DNA of 48,475 nucleotides from Anaerovoracaceae bacterium (GTDB lineage: Bacteria; Bacillota; Clostridia; Christensenellales; Borkfalkiaceae). This document shows positions 33,590 to 43,632 of the stretch, piece by piece (position 1 is the stretch's first letter; every line of letters begins with the position of its first letter). The position numbers were made by a program, and so were the translations under genes. The notes below the pieces were generated by a model, which was given only the letters and a program-made list of their open reading frames with translations, ran no database searches and was not told where the DNA came from. The stretch spans positions 17,701-66,175 of the forward strand of contig CAVBZJ010000001.1 of NCBI GenBank assembly GCA_963599785.1. Direction: 5' to 3'.

Positions 33590-35734
33590 TTATAAAAGTT
33601 TCAGGCTCTTTATATACGCGACGCTGCCCTTCGGCAAAACGAGCGACAATTCCGTTATGCTCCCGAACGAGCTTAAATCTTCCGTAAAGGTCTTCCATTT
33701 GTCGAACACGATCTTTCGCTCCTCTTTATCGGAAGAAGAATTGAAATCTATATATCCGTTATAAGAAGCGGCTTTTACTCTCATCGCCAGCTCGCCCAGC
33801 CCGCGAAGCTTTTGGTCGGACGTGTTCGGCAAAAACAAATCGAAAGAAAAACTCGTTTTTCCGCCGAGAATCGCGGTGTTTACGGAAAGCTTTCCCTGTT
33901 CCGTAGCCGTAATTTCGTAAGCCTTAACCCCGCCTATCTCAACCTCTTTCAGATTAAACGTGCCGTCTACGGTAAAGTCCGAGCCGAATTTCAAGCCGTC
34001 AACCGAAAACGACGTTTTTCCTTCCCAGTTCACCTTGCCGCCCGCCTTTTCGCAAAGGTATATATACGGCGTTTTAAGTCCGCCGTCGGTACCGAGCGGT
34101 ATTACCGTGCCGCCGATGAGCGGAGTAATGTTTTTAGCGGCTTTGGGCGGGTAATTTCCGTCAAATACGAGAGTTTCCTCGTTTACGCCGACGTATCTGT
34201 CGTATTCGCTGCTCTTTTGCCCGTATTGAAGCCTCACGCCCTCGTAAACCACGCTCGAACTGTTGTTATGCTCGTGTCCGACGAATATCGAATCCGCGCC
34301 GAGTTCTTTCATTCCGTTAAAAATGGTGAAATACGGATCCCAACCGCCTTTAAGCCCTCTGCCGACGTACCCGAATTCGCCTTCTTCGCGATTTTCCGCC
34401 TTGTAAATGTTTATAGGCACGCTGCTCGGAAAGCCGTATTTGGCAAGACCTTTGGCAAACACCGAAGGCTGAATATGGAACGCAAAACTGAATTTAACGT
34501 TTGACAAGCATTCCTTAATCTGCTTTGCCGAAGCGGTATACCATTCTACCTGATCGGCGGCAAGCCCGACGGCGGAAGTCGTGTGTCCGTTCGCGAGCGA
34601 GTTTGCGTGCAGATCGCCGCAACCGTTGGTATCGAGCATATAGAACACGCGGGTAAGGCTTTCGCCCTGCATAATTCCCACGCTGTAATTGCCGTTACCC
34701 GTAAGCTCGCGTTGAACGAACAAACAATTTTTCGCGTTCACGAGCTGTTCGCATTGCCAATCTACGCCCATCGCGCTCGTGCCTTCGTGATTGCCGAACA
34801 CGGGCGCCCACGGCACGCCGAATTTATCCATAAACTCCACGAATTCCTTAAACACCGAGCCGTTATCGTCGAATTCGCCGTAAACGAGGTCGCCCGTCAG
34901 TATAATGAGATCGGGCTTGATTTTGTTTATCGTTTCCGTTATATAATCGTAGCAATGCTCGTTTATATACTTCTTGGAATAGAATTCCGCCTCGCCCGCG
35001 CCGAGCCTTTTCGTTCTGTCCTGCGAGGGATCTATTATCTGCGGATCGGTAAGCTGTAAAACGACGGGTTCTCTTCCCGCGGGAACTCTGACGACGAAAT
35101 CCACAAGCGCGTCCGCCCCTTTTCCGCAACGCGTACACGTTCCGTTTTTCATATCGTGTCCCAATGCCTTTATTTCCTTCTTTTCGGTATATTTACAACC
35201 GACGTTCGTGCAATATCTGTAAGCCGCATATCCCGCTTCGTCGCAGGTAGGCTCTTTTGCGGGAACTTCTTTAAATTCGTGACCTTTCGCTTTTATAATT
35301 TCCGCAGTAGTATATCCGCAACCGTTCACGCACTCCTCATGCGCGTTCCAACCGTCCTCGGTACAGGTCGCAGCCCTTGCGGCAACCTTAACGATTTTAT
35401 GTTCGAGTGCGACGTAAGTTTTATGCTCCGTTTCGTAATCGCAACCTTCGCGCGCGCAATATTCATAGGCGTCGTACCCTTCTTCCCCGCAGGAAGCGGC
35501 TTTTGCCTCAACCCTCTGAATATCGTGTCCCAAAGCCTTTATCAGGTTTTTCGTCGTATATCCGCAACCCTCGTCCGCGCAATAAACGTACGCGTTCCAA
35601 CCGTCATCCGTACAGGTAACCGCTTTTGCAGGTACTTCGACCAGATTATGCTTCGTTTCCGTTTTTCCGCCGCAAGCGCAGAATAAGCTTACAAGCATCA
35701 ATACCGACAAAATCGCTATAACAAATTTTTTCAT
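33590..35734 (-). CDS. Lipoprotein with five Cys3-His repeat modules fused to a calcineurin-like metallophosphoesterase and a C-terminal beta-rich domain
   Basis: The lipobox is SLFCACGG. Repeats follow the pattern VTCTDDGWNAYVYCADEGCGYTTKNLIKALGH. The phosphoesterase motifs are LTDPQI, TGDLVYGE, GNHE and VGHEHNN. Confidence 0.8.
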   Translation of the reverse strand: MKKFVIAILSVLMLVSLFCACGGKTETKHNLVEVPAKAVTCTDDGWNAYVYCADEGCGYTTKNLIKALGHDIQRVEAKAASCGEEGYDAYEYCAREGCDYETEHKTYVALEHKIVKVAARAATCTEDGWNAHEECVNGCGYTTAEIIKAKGHEFKEVPAKEPTCDEAGYAAYRYCTNVGCKYTEKKEIKALGHDMKNGTCTRCGKGADALVDFVVRVPAGREPVVLQLTDPQIIDPSQDRTKRLGAGEAEFYSKKYINEHCYDYITETINKIKPDLIILTGDLVYGEFDDNGSVFKEFVEFMDKFGVPWAPVFGNHEGTSAMGVDWQCEQLVNAKNCLFVQRELTGNGNYSVGIMQGESLTRVFYMLDTNGCGDLHANSLANGHTTSAVGLAADQVEWYTASAKQIKECLSNVKFSFAFHIQPSVFAKGLAKYGFPSSVPINIYKAENREEGEFGYVGRGLKGGWDPYFTIFNGMKELGADSIFVGHEHNNSSSVVYEGVRLQYGQKSSEYDRYVGVNEETLVFDGNYPPKAAKNITPLIGGTVIPLGTDGGLKTPYIYLCEKAGGKVNWEGKTSFSVDGLKFGSDFTVDGTFNLKEVEIGGVKAYEITATEQGKLSVNTAILGGKTSFSFDLFLPNTSDQKLRGLGELAMRVKAASYNGYIDFNSSSDKEERKIVFDKWKTFTEDLSSFGSITELSLVLPKGSVAYIKSLKLL

Positions 35735-35770
35735 CTTTTTCTCCTTTTCCGATATATCGCAAAGCCGCCG

Positions 35771-37741
35771 TCAGTTGAAATACCGTTCGCCGTCGCGCAG
35801 CTTTTCGCCGAGCTTTACTACCCTTTCGGAAGAACTCGGCTCGTCCTCGTATTGTTTTATCGTCCACCGCTCTGCAATAAGGTCTATTTCGGCAAAGCGC
35901 GCCGTATCGAAAAACTCTTTCTTTGCTTTAAGCTCCTCTTCCTTGCTCCCTTCGGGGTGATAAAAATAGAAATTATCGTATAAAAGCATCAGCGGAGTGG
36001 CTTTCACGCCCGCAAGCCGCTTTAAAAGCTTTTGCTTCCTGCCGTCGCTTTCGCCCGCATTTTTAACCGCTTCTTCACCTCGTTCTATCGCGGCGACCGC
36101 GGAATACAGCATTTTTTCGGGATTTATCTCCGCCCGCTCGTGAGTGCCGAAATTTCCGCAGGTAACGACTTTTCCCGCCGCTTCCGCCTCTTTATACGCG
36201 GTGTGGAAAATGTTCATAAGCTCTTTTACGCTTTCCGCACCCGCGCCGTAATACAGGTCGATAAACTCCTCCGTAAGCTCCGCCGCCGAACGCTCGTCGC
36301 CGTAAAAAAACTTTCTGTAAGCGTAGGCGCGTATTTCATTCTGCCAGATTTTACGCGTATCGTGCGGTCCTTGCATACAAAAATAGGTTATCCCCTCTTT
36401 TTTCATTCCGCGTACGTTGGCTTCGATATTATCGAACGAATCGTAATAAGCGAGATAGCGACGGAAGCTCGCGTCGTAGCCCCAGAACCAGAAATCGTGC
36501 GCGACCGCCCGCCATTCTTTAAGCGTTTTTTTGATGAACGGATACTGCTTATCCGAAAAATAATCGTAAAACCCGTTGCAGAACAGCGCGAATTGTATTA
36601 TAAGGTTTTCGTCCGCGACGACCGTTTCGTCTATCGGCACGATTTTGCCGCCGACCTCTTTTACGGGCGCTTCTTTTGCGTAGTCGTACGCGAAGGTCAT
36701 AAGCTTGACGGGACGTTTACCCGCCGCCGCGCGCTCCTTGTTCACCCTGCGTATCACCGCGTTGCAGAACCTGATAAGAATTCCGCTTCGTTTATAAACC
36801 GCCGCGAGTTTTTCGTTGTTTTCGTCGTCGAAATAGTACGGTCCGTCTTCCTGCGTAAGGCACACGACCTCTAATTCGGGATATTTTTCCAAGTCCTTTT
36901 TAATCTCTTCCGCAACGATTTTTACAACGCTTACTTCTTTTTTCTCGTCTACTTCGCCGTTCTCCGTAAGCCCGTTCGTAATATCCACCGTCGGCAGGGT
37001 TTCGCCGTTGACGTGGATAAAACGGTAAAATTCGGGGTGGTCGTTGCCGTAAATCTCGAACGGAACGTAATTATGAAAGTTGTGATTGCAATTTCTGCCG
37101 TAAACCGTCAGCCTGCCGCCGTGCGCTTCGTCCGATTTCGTGAACAAATCGACCGTGCGGGTTTTGGCGATAAAATCCGCGTCCGAATGTTCCTGAAACA
37201 CATCGCCCGTAAGATAGGTGCGCATATTAAAGAGCGGCTTTCTCGCAAAGGGTTCGGTCGGGAATACTATTTTCTTTCCGCTCGGCACGAATTCCTCTTC
37301 CGCGGTTAAAAACCGCACGCCGATAAACCTTTCGAGATATTCGTAAACCCCGTACAAAACTCCGCGCTCCGTACCGCCCGAAATAAGAATTTCTTTTCCG
37401 CAGTCCTCGTTCTCGCCCGTTCTTTTACCCGAGGTTTCGCCGCCCGAGGTTTTGCCGTCACAGCTCGTATTTTTGCCGCCATAATCTGCGGTTTCTATAA
37501 TAAAACCGTCTTTTTCCGCGTGAGAAGAAACGCAAAGCCTGAACGCGGCTTCGTTTTTGCGGTTTGCGGTCGCCAAAGGTTCGTCGCGCCTGATTTTGCC
37601 GTCCGAAAACTCCTTATTCGGTTCGGTTATAATTTCAAACGCTTCGCCCGTGGCGCGTTCGAGATATTTTTTAAGTTCTTTCGCCGCGAAGGCCATGCAT
37701 TTACCCGCACAGCCGTTCGGGACGTTCGCTATAATCTTCAT
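35771..37741 (-). CDS. Cytoplasmic hypothetical protein (656 aa), possibly DUF4838-like (glycoside-hydrolase-associated)
   Basis: It has no signal peptide. The N-terminus AAKELKKYLERATGEAFEII resembles the start of DUF4838/GH20-like proteins, recalled from memory only. No clear SD sequence is present. Confidence 0.35.
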   Translation of the reverse strand: MKIIANVPNGCAGKCMAFAAKELKKYLERATGEAFEIITEPNKEFSDGKIRRDEPLATANRKNEAAFRLCVSSHAEKDGFIIETADYGGKNTSCDGKTSGGETSGKRTGENEDCGKEILISGGTERGVLYGVYEYLERFIGVRFLTAEEEFVPSGKKIVFPTEPFARKPLFNMRTYLTGDVFQEHSDADFIAKTRTVDLFTKSDEAHGGRLTVYGRNCNHNFHNYVPFEIYGNDHPEFYRFIHVNGETLPTVDITNGLTENGEVDEKKEVSVVKIVAEEIKKDLEKYPELEVVCLTQEDGPYYFDDENNEKLAAVYKRSGILIRFCNAVIRRVNKERAAAGKRPVKLMTFAYDYAKEAPVKEVGGKIVPIDETVVADENLIIQFALFCNGFYDYFSDKQYPFIKKTLKEWRAVAHDFWFWGYDASFRRYLAYYDSFDNIEANVRGMKKEGITYFCMQGPHDTRKIWQNEIRAYAYRKFFYGDERSAAELTEEFIDLYYGAGAESVKELMNIFHTAYKEAEAAGKVVTCGNFGTHERAEINPEKMLYSAVAAIERGEEAVKNAGESDGRKQKLLKRLAGVKATPLMLLYDNFYFYHPEGSKEEELKAKKEFFDTARFAEIDLIAERWTIKQYEDEPSSSERVVKLGEKLRDGERYFN

Positions 37742-37808
37742 TCAGGTTAAAGTTAAATAAAATCAAGTAAAAAATTCAATGTAAATATTGTGCAAAACCG
37801 ACTTTCTG

Positions 37809-39341
37809 CTATCTTAAAACGATGAGCGCGCCCTCGCCGTAATCGAGCGTAAGCGGGATTCTGCCGCCCACGACGTCGCAGGACTTTCCGCGTTGAATCA
37901 CGGTGTATCTGTAATCGTCGCCATCGAAGGATAGAGATACGTTCGCCTTTTCTTTTCTGTTATAATTCACGACGTACAAAGCCGTGCCGCCTTTATAGTT
38001 AAAGCACCCTACGATACAATCGTCGCCCGTAACCTTTTTAAGCTGCTTATATTCGCCCGAAGAAATAATCTCTTCGCCCGATTCGCCGTCCGTGATAATC
38101 GCTTTGGTCGCCGCGTCGCCGTGTACTATGATTCCGTCGTTTTCCGACTTCATCAGGTATTCGTCTACCGCTTTCACCTGCTCGTTGGCACGTTTTGCGT
38201 AATAATACCAGCGGGTAAGGTTGCCGTCCGCGCCGATAAGCCCGTTACGGTTCTCGAAATCGTAAGTTCCGCCCTCTTCGTAGGCAAAATACAGCGGCTG
38301 AATAAGCGGGAAATACTGAATCGCTTTCGCGCCGTACGCAAGCGCAAGGTTTACGTCGTAAAGAAGCTCGCCTTCCGAGGGATACGGATCTACCGAAGGT
38401 ATCCATTCGGCAAGGTCGTTCCATTGTCCGCCCGCCTGCAACATTCTCCAAAACGGCACGCCGTATTGTTTGGAATATTTTCTGTAAATCGAAAGCTGAT
38501 TGTACATAAGCGCGGTAACGGTGGATTCGGGAGTATTTGCGGAGGTATACGGATATTGCGTTACGGAAAGCATTCTCGGCTTCGCTTCCTCGAATATCTT
38601 TTGTATATACGCGTCGTAAGCGATGGGATCGGAATAACCCCAGAAGTTATCCTCTCCTGCCCAGTAACCGTTGGCGTTCATATACATATCGAGACCTTTG
38701 CTTTCTTCGAGCAAGTAAAACGCGTCGGAGAAAACTCCGATATTGTCGAGCTGCGCCGTGAACGGTTCGTCGAACGAATGAAGCCCTATAAAGCTTTTAT
38801 ACCGCGACAAATCGGTAAGAATTTCCGCAAGAATTTTCTTTCCGCTTTCTTTGCTTAACGCCATATCTTCGATGGCTACGTCTGAGGTATGCGTGCCGAG
38901 CTGCCCCATAACCCAGTAGGAATCCACGAAATAGCCGATTCCGTACTTTTCGCAGAGGCTGAGCGCAGTGGTTATGTTGGGATTAGAGCTGCCGTACGAG
39001 TGGCGGTCTACCGAATACACGAACATATTGATGCCCGCTTCCGCTAAAACCTCGAAATAATAATCGGTTAAAAAATTCGGCATATCGTTGCCGTCGAGGC
39101 TTCCGCCCGAAGCGTACGGGACGTAGAAGCCGCCTATCGGCATAACCTCGTCGCCGCCCATAATATCGTAATAAAGCGCGTCTACCTTGCCCGCTTCGCC
39201 CTTAACCGTTTCGGTATAAGCCATACCGTCCTCGTAAAGAGTTACGAGTTTTCCCGCCGCGCCGCCGTCTTTACAAGCGGCAAAGCCCGCGGAAAACACC
39301 GAAACCGCCGCAAGCGACAACGCCAGAAATCTCTTTTTCAT
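37809..39341 (-). CDS. Lipoprotein (510 aa), putative extracellular TIM-barrel glycoside-hydrolase-like protein
   Basis: The lipobox is SAGFAACKDG. It contains LAEAGINMFVY, GLHSFDEP, VTQYPY and AYGAKAIQYFPL segments and a C-terminal beta-sandwich. The start overlaps the upstream stop (TAATG at 39341). Confidence 0.4.
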   Translation of the reverse strand: MKKRFLALSLAAVSVFSAGFAACKDGGAAGKLVTLYEDGMAYTETVKGEAGKVDALYYDIMGGDEVMPIGGFYVPYASGGSLDGNDMPNFLTDYYFEVLAEAGINMFVYSVDRHSYGSSNPNITTALSLCEKYGIGYFVDSYWVMGQLGTHTSDVAIEDMALSKESGKKILAEILTDLSRYKSFIGLHSFDEPFTAQLDNIGVFSDAFYLLEESKGLDMYMNANGYWAGEDNFWGYSDPIAYDAYIQKIFEEAKPRMLSVTQYPYTSANTPESTVTALMYNQLSIYRKYSKQYGVPFWRMLQAGGQWNDLAEWIPSVDPYPSEGELLYDVNLALAYGAKAIQYFPLIQPLYFAYEEGGTYDFENRNGLIGADGNLTRWYYYAKRANEQVKAVDEYLMKSENDGIIVHGDAATKAIITDGESGEEIISSGEYKQLKKVTGDDCIVGCFNYKGGTALYVVNYNRKEKANVSLSFDGDDYRYTVIQRGKSCDVVGGRIPLTLDYGEGALIVLR

Positions 39342-41035
39342 TATTTATCCCTCCTCTTTTTGAAGGTAATCGCAACTCCCGCCGCCGCAAGAGCCGAAAG
39401 CGCGGAAATCGCGCCGCCGAACACGCCGCTTCCGCAACCGCTTTTATCTTCCGTAAGCTTTCCGTTCGCGAGCTTGTCGCCGATAAGGTCGCCGTCGTCC
39501 GTTTTGGTCGTATAATCGTAGTCGGAAGCCTTGTCTATGTGGTTAGACTTATAATCGGGTGCGGGAATAACTTTTCTCACGCCCTCGTAATCGGTATTTC
39601 TGACCGAGAAATTGTCTATTTTGAACTGCGCGGCGGAGTTGTATTTGATACCGTTTTTGCTTATCGCGGTTTCGCCGTTAGCGATTATGGCGACGTACCC
39701 CGTTTTAAGCGAACCCATATCGAACGCGAAATACGGCTCGCCCCATTCCTTTTCGCCCTCGAAACGGTAATAAACTTCTATAAGTCCGTCGGTCATAGTG
39801 AATTTGACGCTTACCGTTCTTTCCGAGATAAAGTCTTTATCCCAAAGGCTGAAAGAAGTGCCGTTATAGCCGTTGTGCATAGGAACTACCGCTTTGGACG
39901 ACCAGCTTCGTCCGTCAAACGCCTTGTCGTAAACGACGTATCTCGCGCCGTCGTAATAGGTCGAGTGATCGACGTCCATGGGAATCCCCTCGAAATTCAG
40001 CCACGTTCCGTTTTTGATAACGTGGTCGAGATTCACGTCGGAGGAATCGAGTCCGAACGCTATTCCGAACCAGCCGCTTATAAGTCCCGTAAGGGTTTCG
40101 CCCTCGTACGTCGCTTCCGCGCGGAGGTCGGAAATATCGAAAGTCAGCTCGAAATTGCTGTATTTGTACCTCGTGCTGAAAAACGCGCCCGCGGTGTTGT
40201 TGAACCAGAGCTTGCCGTCCGCAACCGAAAGATTAGTCGGAGAAAGAGGCGAAGCGTCGCTGTGAGAATAGAACATATTCGCGTTATAGCCGTTATCGAA
40301 CGTTTCGACGTAATCGACCGTTTCGGGCGCTTCGTAGCGATAACCGTAAATCTCCGTATCGCTTAAATAAATTTCGTTCGCGCCCGAAGACAGGAACGCC
40401 GCAAAGCCCGCAGCGTCTACCCCGAGCTTATATTCCTTATAAGTTCTGCCGTTTATTTTGAACGTAAGCTCGTTATTCGTCGTAACCTCCGCGCCCACGG
40501 TAAATTCCGAACCGAGCTTTATCGAGGGAAATTCGCGGGAGGCGTAAATATCGGTCGCCGCGCCCTCTTTGCGGTATTCCGCCGCGCCTATTTTAATACA
40601 ACCCTTCCCTTCCGATACGGTTATGGCAAAGGTGTTTGCCGCACCCTTTGCCGCGGTAAAACTGCCGAGTCCGAATATCGCGGAAAACTCTCCGCCTTCC
40701 GCAAAGCTTTTCGCATTAAGGGTAATCGTCGCCGAAAACAGCACGGGAACGCCGTAATCTTTAAGGTTCGCGATATAGGCTTTCGCAACGAGCGAGCTTT
40801 CCGTTTTATCGGGAGAAAAAACCGCTTTTCCGTTCTTCGCCGTGACGCCGTTTATAAAGAAATCGCCCGAACTTATTTTGTTTTCGCCTATCGAAGAAGC
40901 GGATACGACGAGCGAGCGGGAAGCCCCCGCGCTCGCCGTTTTCGCGCCCGTGCCGAGCGTCCCCGCCGCCGCGAGAAGCGCGAACGCGAACGCCATAACC
41001 GCCACGAATATTCTTATATAAATTTTCTTTTTCAT
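39341..41035 (-). CDS. Secreted protein (564 aa) with lectin/LamG-like regions and a C-terminal SGC motif followed by a TM helix and a KKRRDK tail
   Basis: The signal peptide is IFVAVMAFAFALLAAAGTLGTGAKTASA. The C-terminus is DKSGCGSGVFGGAISALSALAAAGVAITFKKRRDK. Confidence 0.7.
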   Translation of the reverse strand: MKKKIYIRIFVAVMAFAFALLAAAGTLGTGAKTASAGASRSLVVSASSIGENKISSGDFFINGVTAKNGKAVFSPDKTESSLVAKAYIANLKDYGVPVLFSATITLNAKSFAEGGEFSAIFGLGSFTAAKGAANTFAITVSEGKGCIKIGAAEYRKEGAATDIYASREFPSIKLGSEFTVGAEVTTNNELTFKINGRTYKEYKLGVDAAGFAAFLSSGANEIYLSDTEIYGYRYEAPETVDYVETFDNGYNANMFYSHSDASPLSPTNLSVADGKLWFNNTAGAFFSTRYKYSNFELTFDISDLRAEATYEGETLTGLISGWFGIAFGLDSSDVNLDHVIKNGTWLNFEGIPMDVDHSTYYDGARYVVYDKAFDGRSWSSKAVVPMHNGYNGTSFSLWDKDFISERTVSVKFTMTDGLIEVYYRFEGEKEWGEPYFAFDMGSLKTGYVAIIANGETAISKNGIKYNSAAQFKIDNFSVRNTDYEGVRKVIPAPDYKSNHIDKASDYDYTTKTDDGDLIGDKLANGKLTEDKSGCGSGVFGGAISALSALAAAGVAITFKKRRDK

Positions 41036-41069
41036 TTTCCGGTTATCCTTTTAACGGTTACTCTTACGA

Positions 41070-42572
41070 TTAAACGTTTTTCGACCACTCGTTCCAGTTT
41101 TCTTTTATGATGCTCAATATATCGTTCCAAAGAGCTTCCGCGTCTTTACGCGCCGCCGAGTTCGTCGTCCAGACCTTATCCGCAAACGCAAGACTTGCGA
41201 ACTGATTAGTACTGCTGTTTATAAAGAGACGGGATTTGGTCATCGTGTTCGTAATCGCGGTAAGATTTTCCGCAAAATCGAACTGCTGTTTGTTCCATTC
41301 GGGAATTGCGGAAACGTCGAAAGCGGAAGAATCCGCAAGACGAGCGGAAGCGGGAAGCTTCGTCGCTCTGTTATAAGCCGCTATGCCCTTATCCGAATAG
41401 AAATATTTCAAAAATTCTTTCGCGCCGTCCTTCGCGGGGGAATATTCGGGAATGAAAACGTATTGTTCGGAAGCGTTGTTATACATAATGGTTCTTGCTT
41501 CCTTTATCTTTGCAAAATCGTTCGCGGAGCAAAGCTCGCTTTCTTCCTTGCCCGCGTCCACTTCGTCTATAATCGCCGCAAGGGTGGAATCGCTCATAGA
41601 AGTGTTTTCAAGCTTTTCCACGATACTGCTGATAACGGGGAATCTCATCATTTTTACGTTCGTTTTAGTGCCGGTGGATTCGTTCATCAGCCAGTTGCCG
41701 TTTACCATCATAATCGCGCCGCCGTCGAGATAAACCGCCTGCGCGTCTGTAAACGTACCCGTACTCGACCTCGAAACGGTGTCGGGCGTCAGAAGACTTT
41801 CCACGACTTCGAGCGCTTTGTATCTGCCGTCTTTCTTTTCAAACACCTCGCGCGAGGGGGAATTGCCGTTCTCGTCTTTTAACGCGAGCATATTGTTATA
41901 ATAATAATCGAGTCCGTCGTACTGCGCTTCCCAAGTCATAACGGAATAGTTCCAGTAACCGTTGTTGTTCGTGTCGCTGTAAAGAATCCACGGATAGGGC
42001 TTGCTTCCGTCCTGCGCGTGAAGAGCGGCGAAGGTCGCGGTAAGACTTTCGAGTTCCTTCGTCGTTCTCGGAACTTTATACGTCGTGCCGTCGATATAGT
42101 CCGCGTTATAAGCTATTCCGCACCAGCCGTTTCCGTAAGTAAGAAAACGAGTCGTTCCGTCCGCTTCCTTAACGCCGTCCAGAAGATAATCGTAGTATTT
42201 TTGTCTTATGGTAAGGCTTTCGCCCTCCGCCTTGCTGTCCAGAACGTCGTCGAGCTTAACGAAATCGTCGTTATACTGATAAGTGTTAAGCATCGTGAAA
42301 TACAAGTCGTAGGTATTGTTTTTCCCGAGTTCGAGAGTTTTGATGATCTGATTTGCCGTACCCGTTTCCACGGTCACGGTATACTCCGACTGCGCCGCAT
42401 TAAAGCTTTCGGCTATATCTTCTATAAAATCCGTGCCGAGTCCCGATTTCCAGAAATAAACCTGAATATCGGTAGAAGAATTTTGCGCGGAATCTCCCCC
42501 GCACGCCGCAAACGGAACGACGGCGGTCGCCGCCGCAAGTACGGTTGCCAGAAGCCTTTTTAATTTTTTCAT
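41070..42572 (-). CDS. ABC transporter extracellular solute-binding lipoprotein (carbohydrate type, large family-1 SBP)
   Basis: The lipobox is VPFAACGGDS. It is 500 aa and sits immediately downstream of two carbohydrate ABC permease genes. Confidence 0.75.
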   Translation of the reverse strand: MKKLKRLLATVLAAATAVVPFAACGGDSAQNSSTDIQVYFWKSGLGTDFIEDIAESFNAAQSEYTVTVETGTANQIIKTLELGKNNTYDLYFTMLNTYQYNDDFVKLDDVLDSKAEGESLTIRQKYYDYLLDGVKEADGTTRFLTYGNGWCGIAYNADYIDGTTYKVPRTTKELESLTATFAALHAQDGSKPYPWILYSDTNNNGYWNYSVMTWEAQYDGLDYYYNNMLALKDENGNSPSREVFEKKDGRYKALEVVESLLTPDTVSRSSTGTFTDAQAVYLDGGAIMMVNGNWLMNESTGTKTNVKMMRFPVISSIVEKLENTSMSDSTLAAIIDEVDAGKEESELCSANDFAKIKEARTIMYNNASEQYVFIPEYSPAKDGAKEFLKYFYSDKGIAAYNRATKLPASARLADSSAFDVSAIPEWNKQQFDFAENLTAITNTMTKSRLFINSSTNQFASLAFADKVWTTNSAARKDAEALWNDILSIIKENWNEWSKNV

Positions 42573-42749
42573 AATTCACTCCTTATTCTTCGCGCCGTCA
42601 AGGCGCGGTTTTTATTTTATTTAATCGTTTATGACTGATAAAGCGGATTTCGGCTTGGCGCGACAGCGGCAAGCCGAAAAGGACGCGTCCTTTTCTTTTT
42701 AAACGGGTTTCCCCGCAAATTTACTTTCTTTAACCCGTTCGTCCGAACT

Positions 42750-43619
42750 TTACTCTTTGATACCGCCGAGCGAAACGTTGTTCATAAGCGCGTTGTTAAA
42801 GCACGCGAACATTACGAGCGGCGGTAGAAGGGATATAAAGCACGCCGCGTACAGAATATCCATTCTCGATTCGTACGTCATATCCTGCTCGAAAAGATAT
42901 ATGCCGACGGCGAGAGTGGGAAGCTTCGGAAGGTATATGAGCGCGGTCGCGTAAGAGTTCCATTCGGTCATCCACAAAAGAAGGAACAGCGAGCCGAACA
43001 TAGTGATCGATTGCGGAAGCATAATCTTGAAATAAATCTGCCAGTGGTTCGCGCCGTCTATCTGCGCCGCCTCCGCGTAGCTCCACGATACCCCTTTGTA
43101 AAAGGCGAAGAAGTACATATAATAAATGGAGAAAGCATTGAGCGACGTGAAAATCATCAGCCGCGAATTGAGGAAATGCAGGTTATATAAAAGCTTATAC
43201 ATAGAAGAGGTAGAACCGTATATAGGCAGCGTGATTACCACCAGAACTATCAGGTACACCGCTTTCGAGCCGAAAAATTTGTATTTCGAGGTGACGTAAG
43301 CCATCATAGAAGTAACGGTTACGCAAAGAAACGGTCCGAGCATACAGAAATACAGACTGTTTAAGAGCATATCGAGAAAGCTGTTTTTGTTCACCGAAAG
43401 CTTGCTGAAAACTTCTATATAGTTATGCGGCGAAAGCTTGCCCGAAAAGCCGAACGGATCGACTTTAAGTTCGAGTGAGCCTCTCATTCCCGAAAAGAAG
43501 CACCAGAATATCATATAGACGTAAGAAAACGCGAACAAGGCGAATATTACGAAAACTATTGAAAACAGTACCCTTTCCGAAGGGGAACGTCTTTGAAAAA
43601 TTCTTTTTTTGTCTTTCAT
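42750..43619 (-). CDS. Carbohydrate ABC transporter permease (MalG/AraQ-like)
   Basis: It has six predicted TM segments and the EAA loop YAEAAQIDGANHWQIYFKIMLP. Confidence 0.85.
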   Translation of the reverse strand: MKDKKRIFQRRSPSERVLFSIVFVIFALFAFSYVYMIFWCFFSGMRGSLELKVDPFGFSGKLSPHNYIEVFSKLSVNKNSFLDMLLNSLYFCMLGPFLCVTVTSMMAYVTSKYKFFGSKAVYLIVLVVITLPIYGSTSSMYKLLYNLHFLNSRLMIFTSLNAFSIYYMYFFAFYKGVSWSYAEAAQIDGANHWQIYFKIMLPQSITMFGSLFLLLWMTEWNSYATALIYLPKLPTLAVGIYLFEQDMTYESRMDILYAACFISLLPPLVMFACFNNALMNNVSLGGIKE

Positions 43620-43632
43620 ATTTTTCCCCTCC

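Noticed and set aside
42573-42749. Several hairpins (GCGCC..GGCGC, GGACGCGTCC, CGGCTTGCCG..) between the second permease gene and the SBP gene, considered as a terminator
   Set aside because: The SBP and seven further genes lie downstream without a convincing promoter, and the hairpins lack a clean U-tract on the minus strand. They are more likely mRNA processing or stability elements. I did not call them as features.
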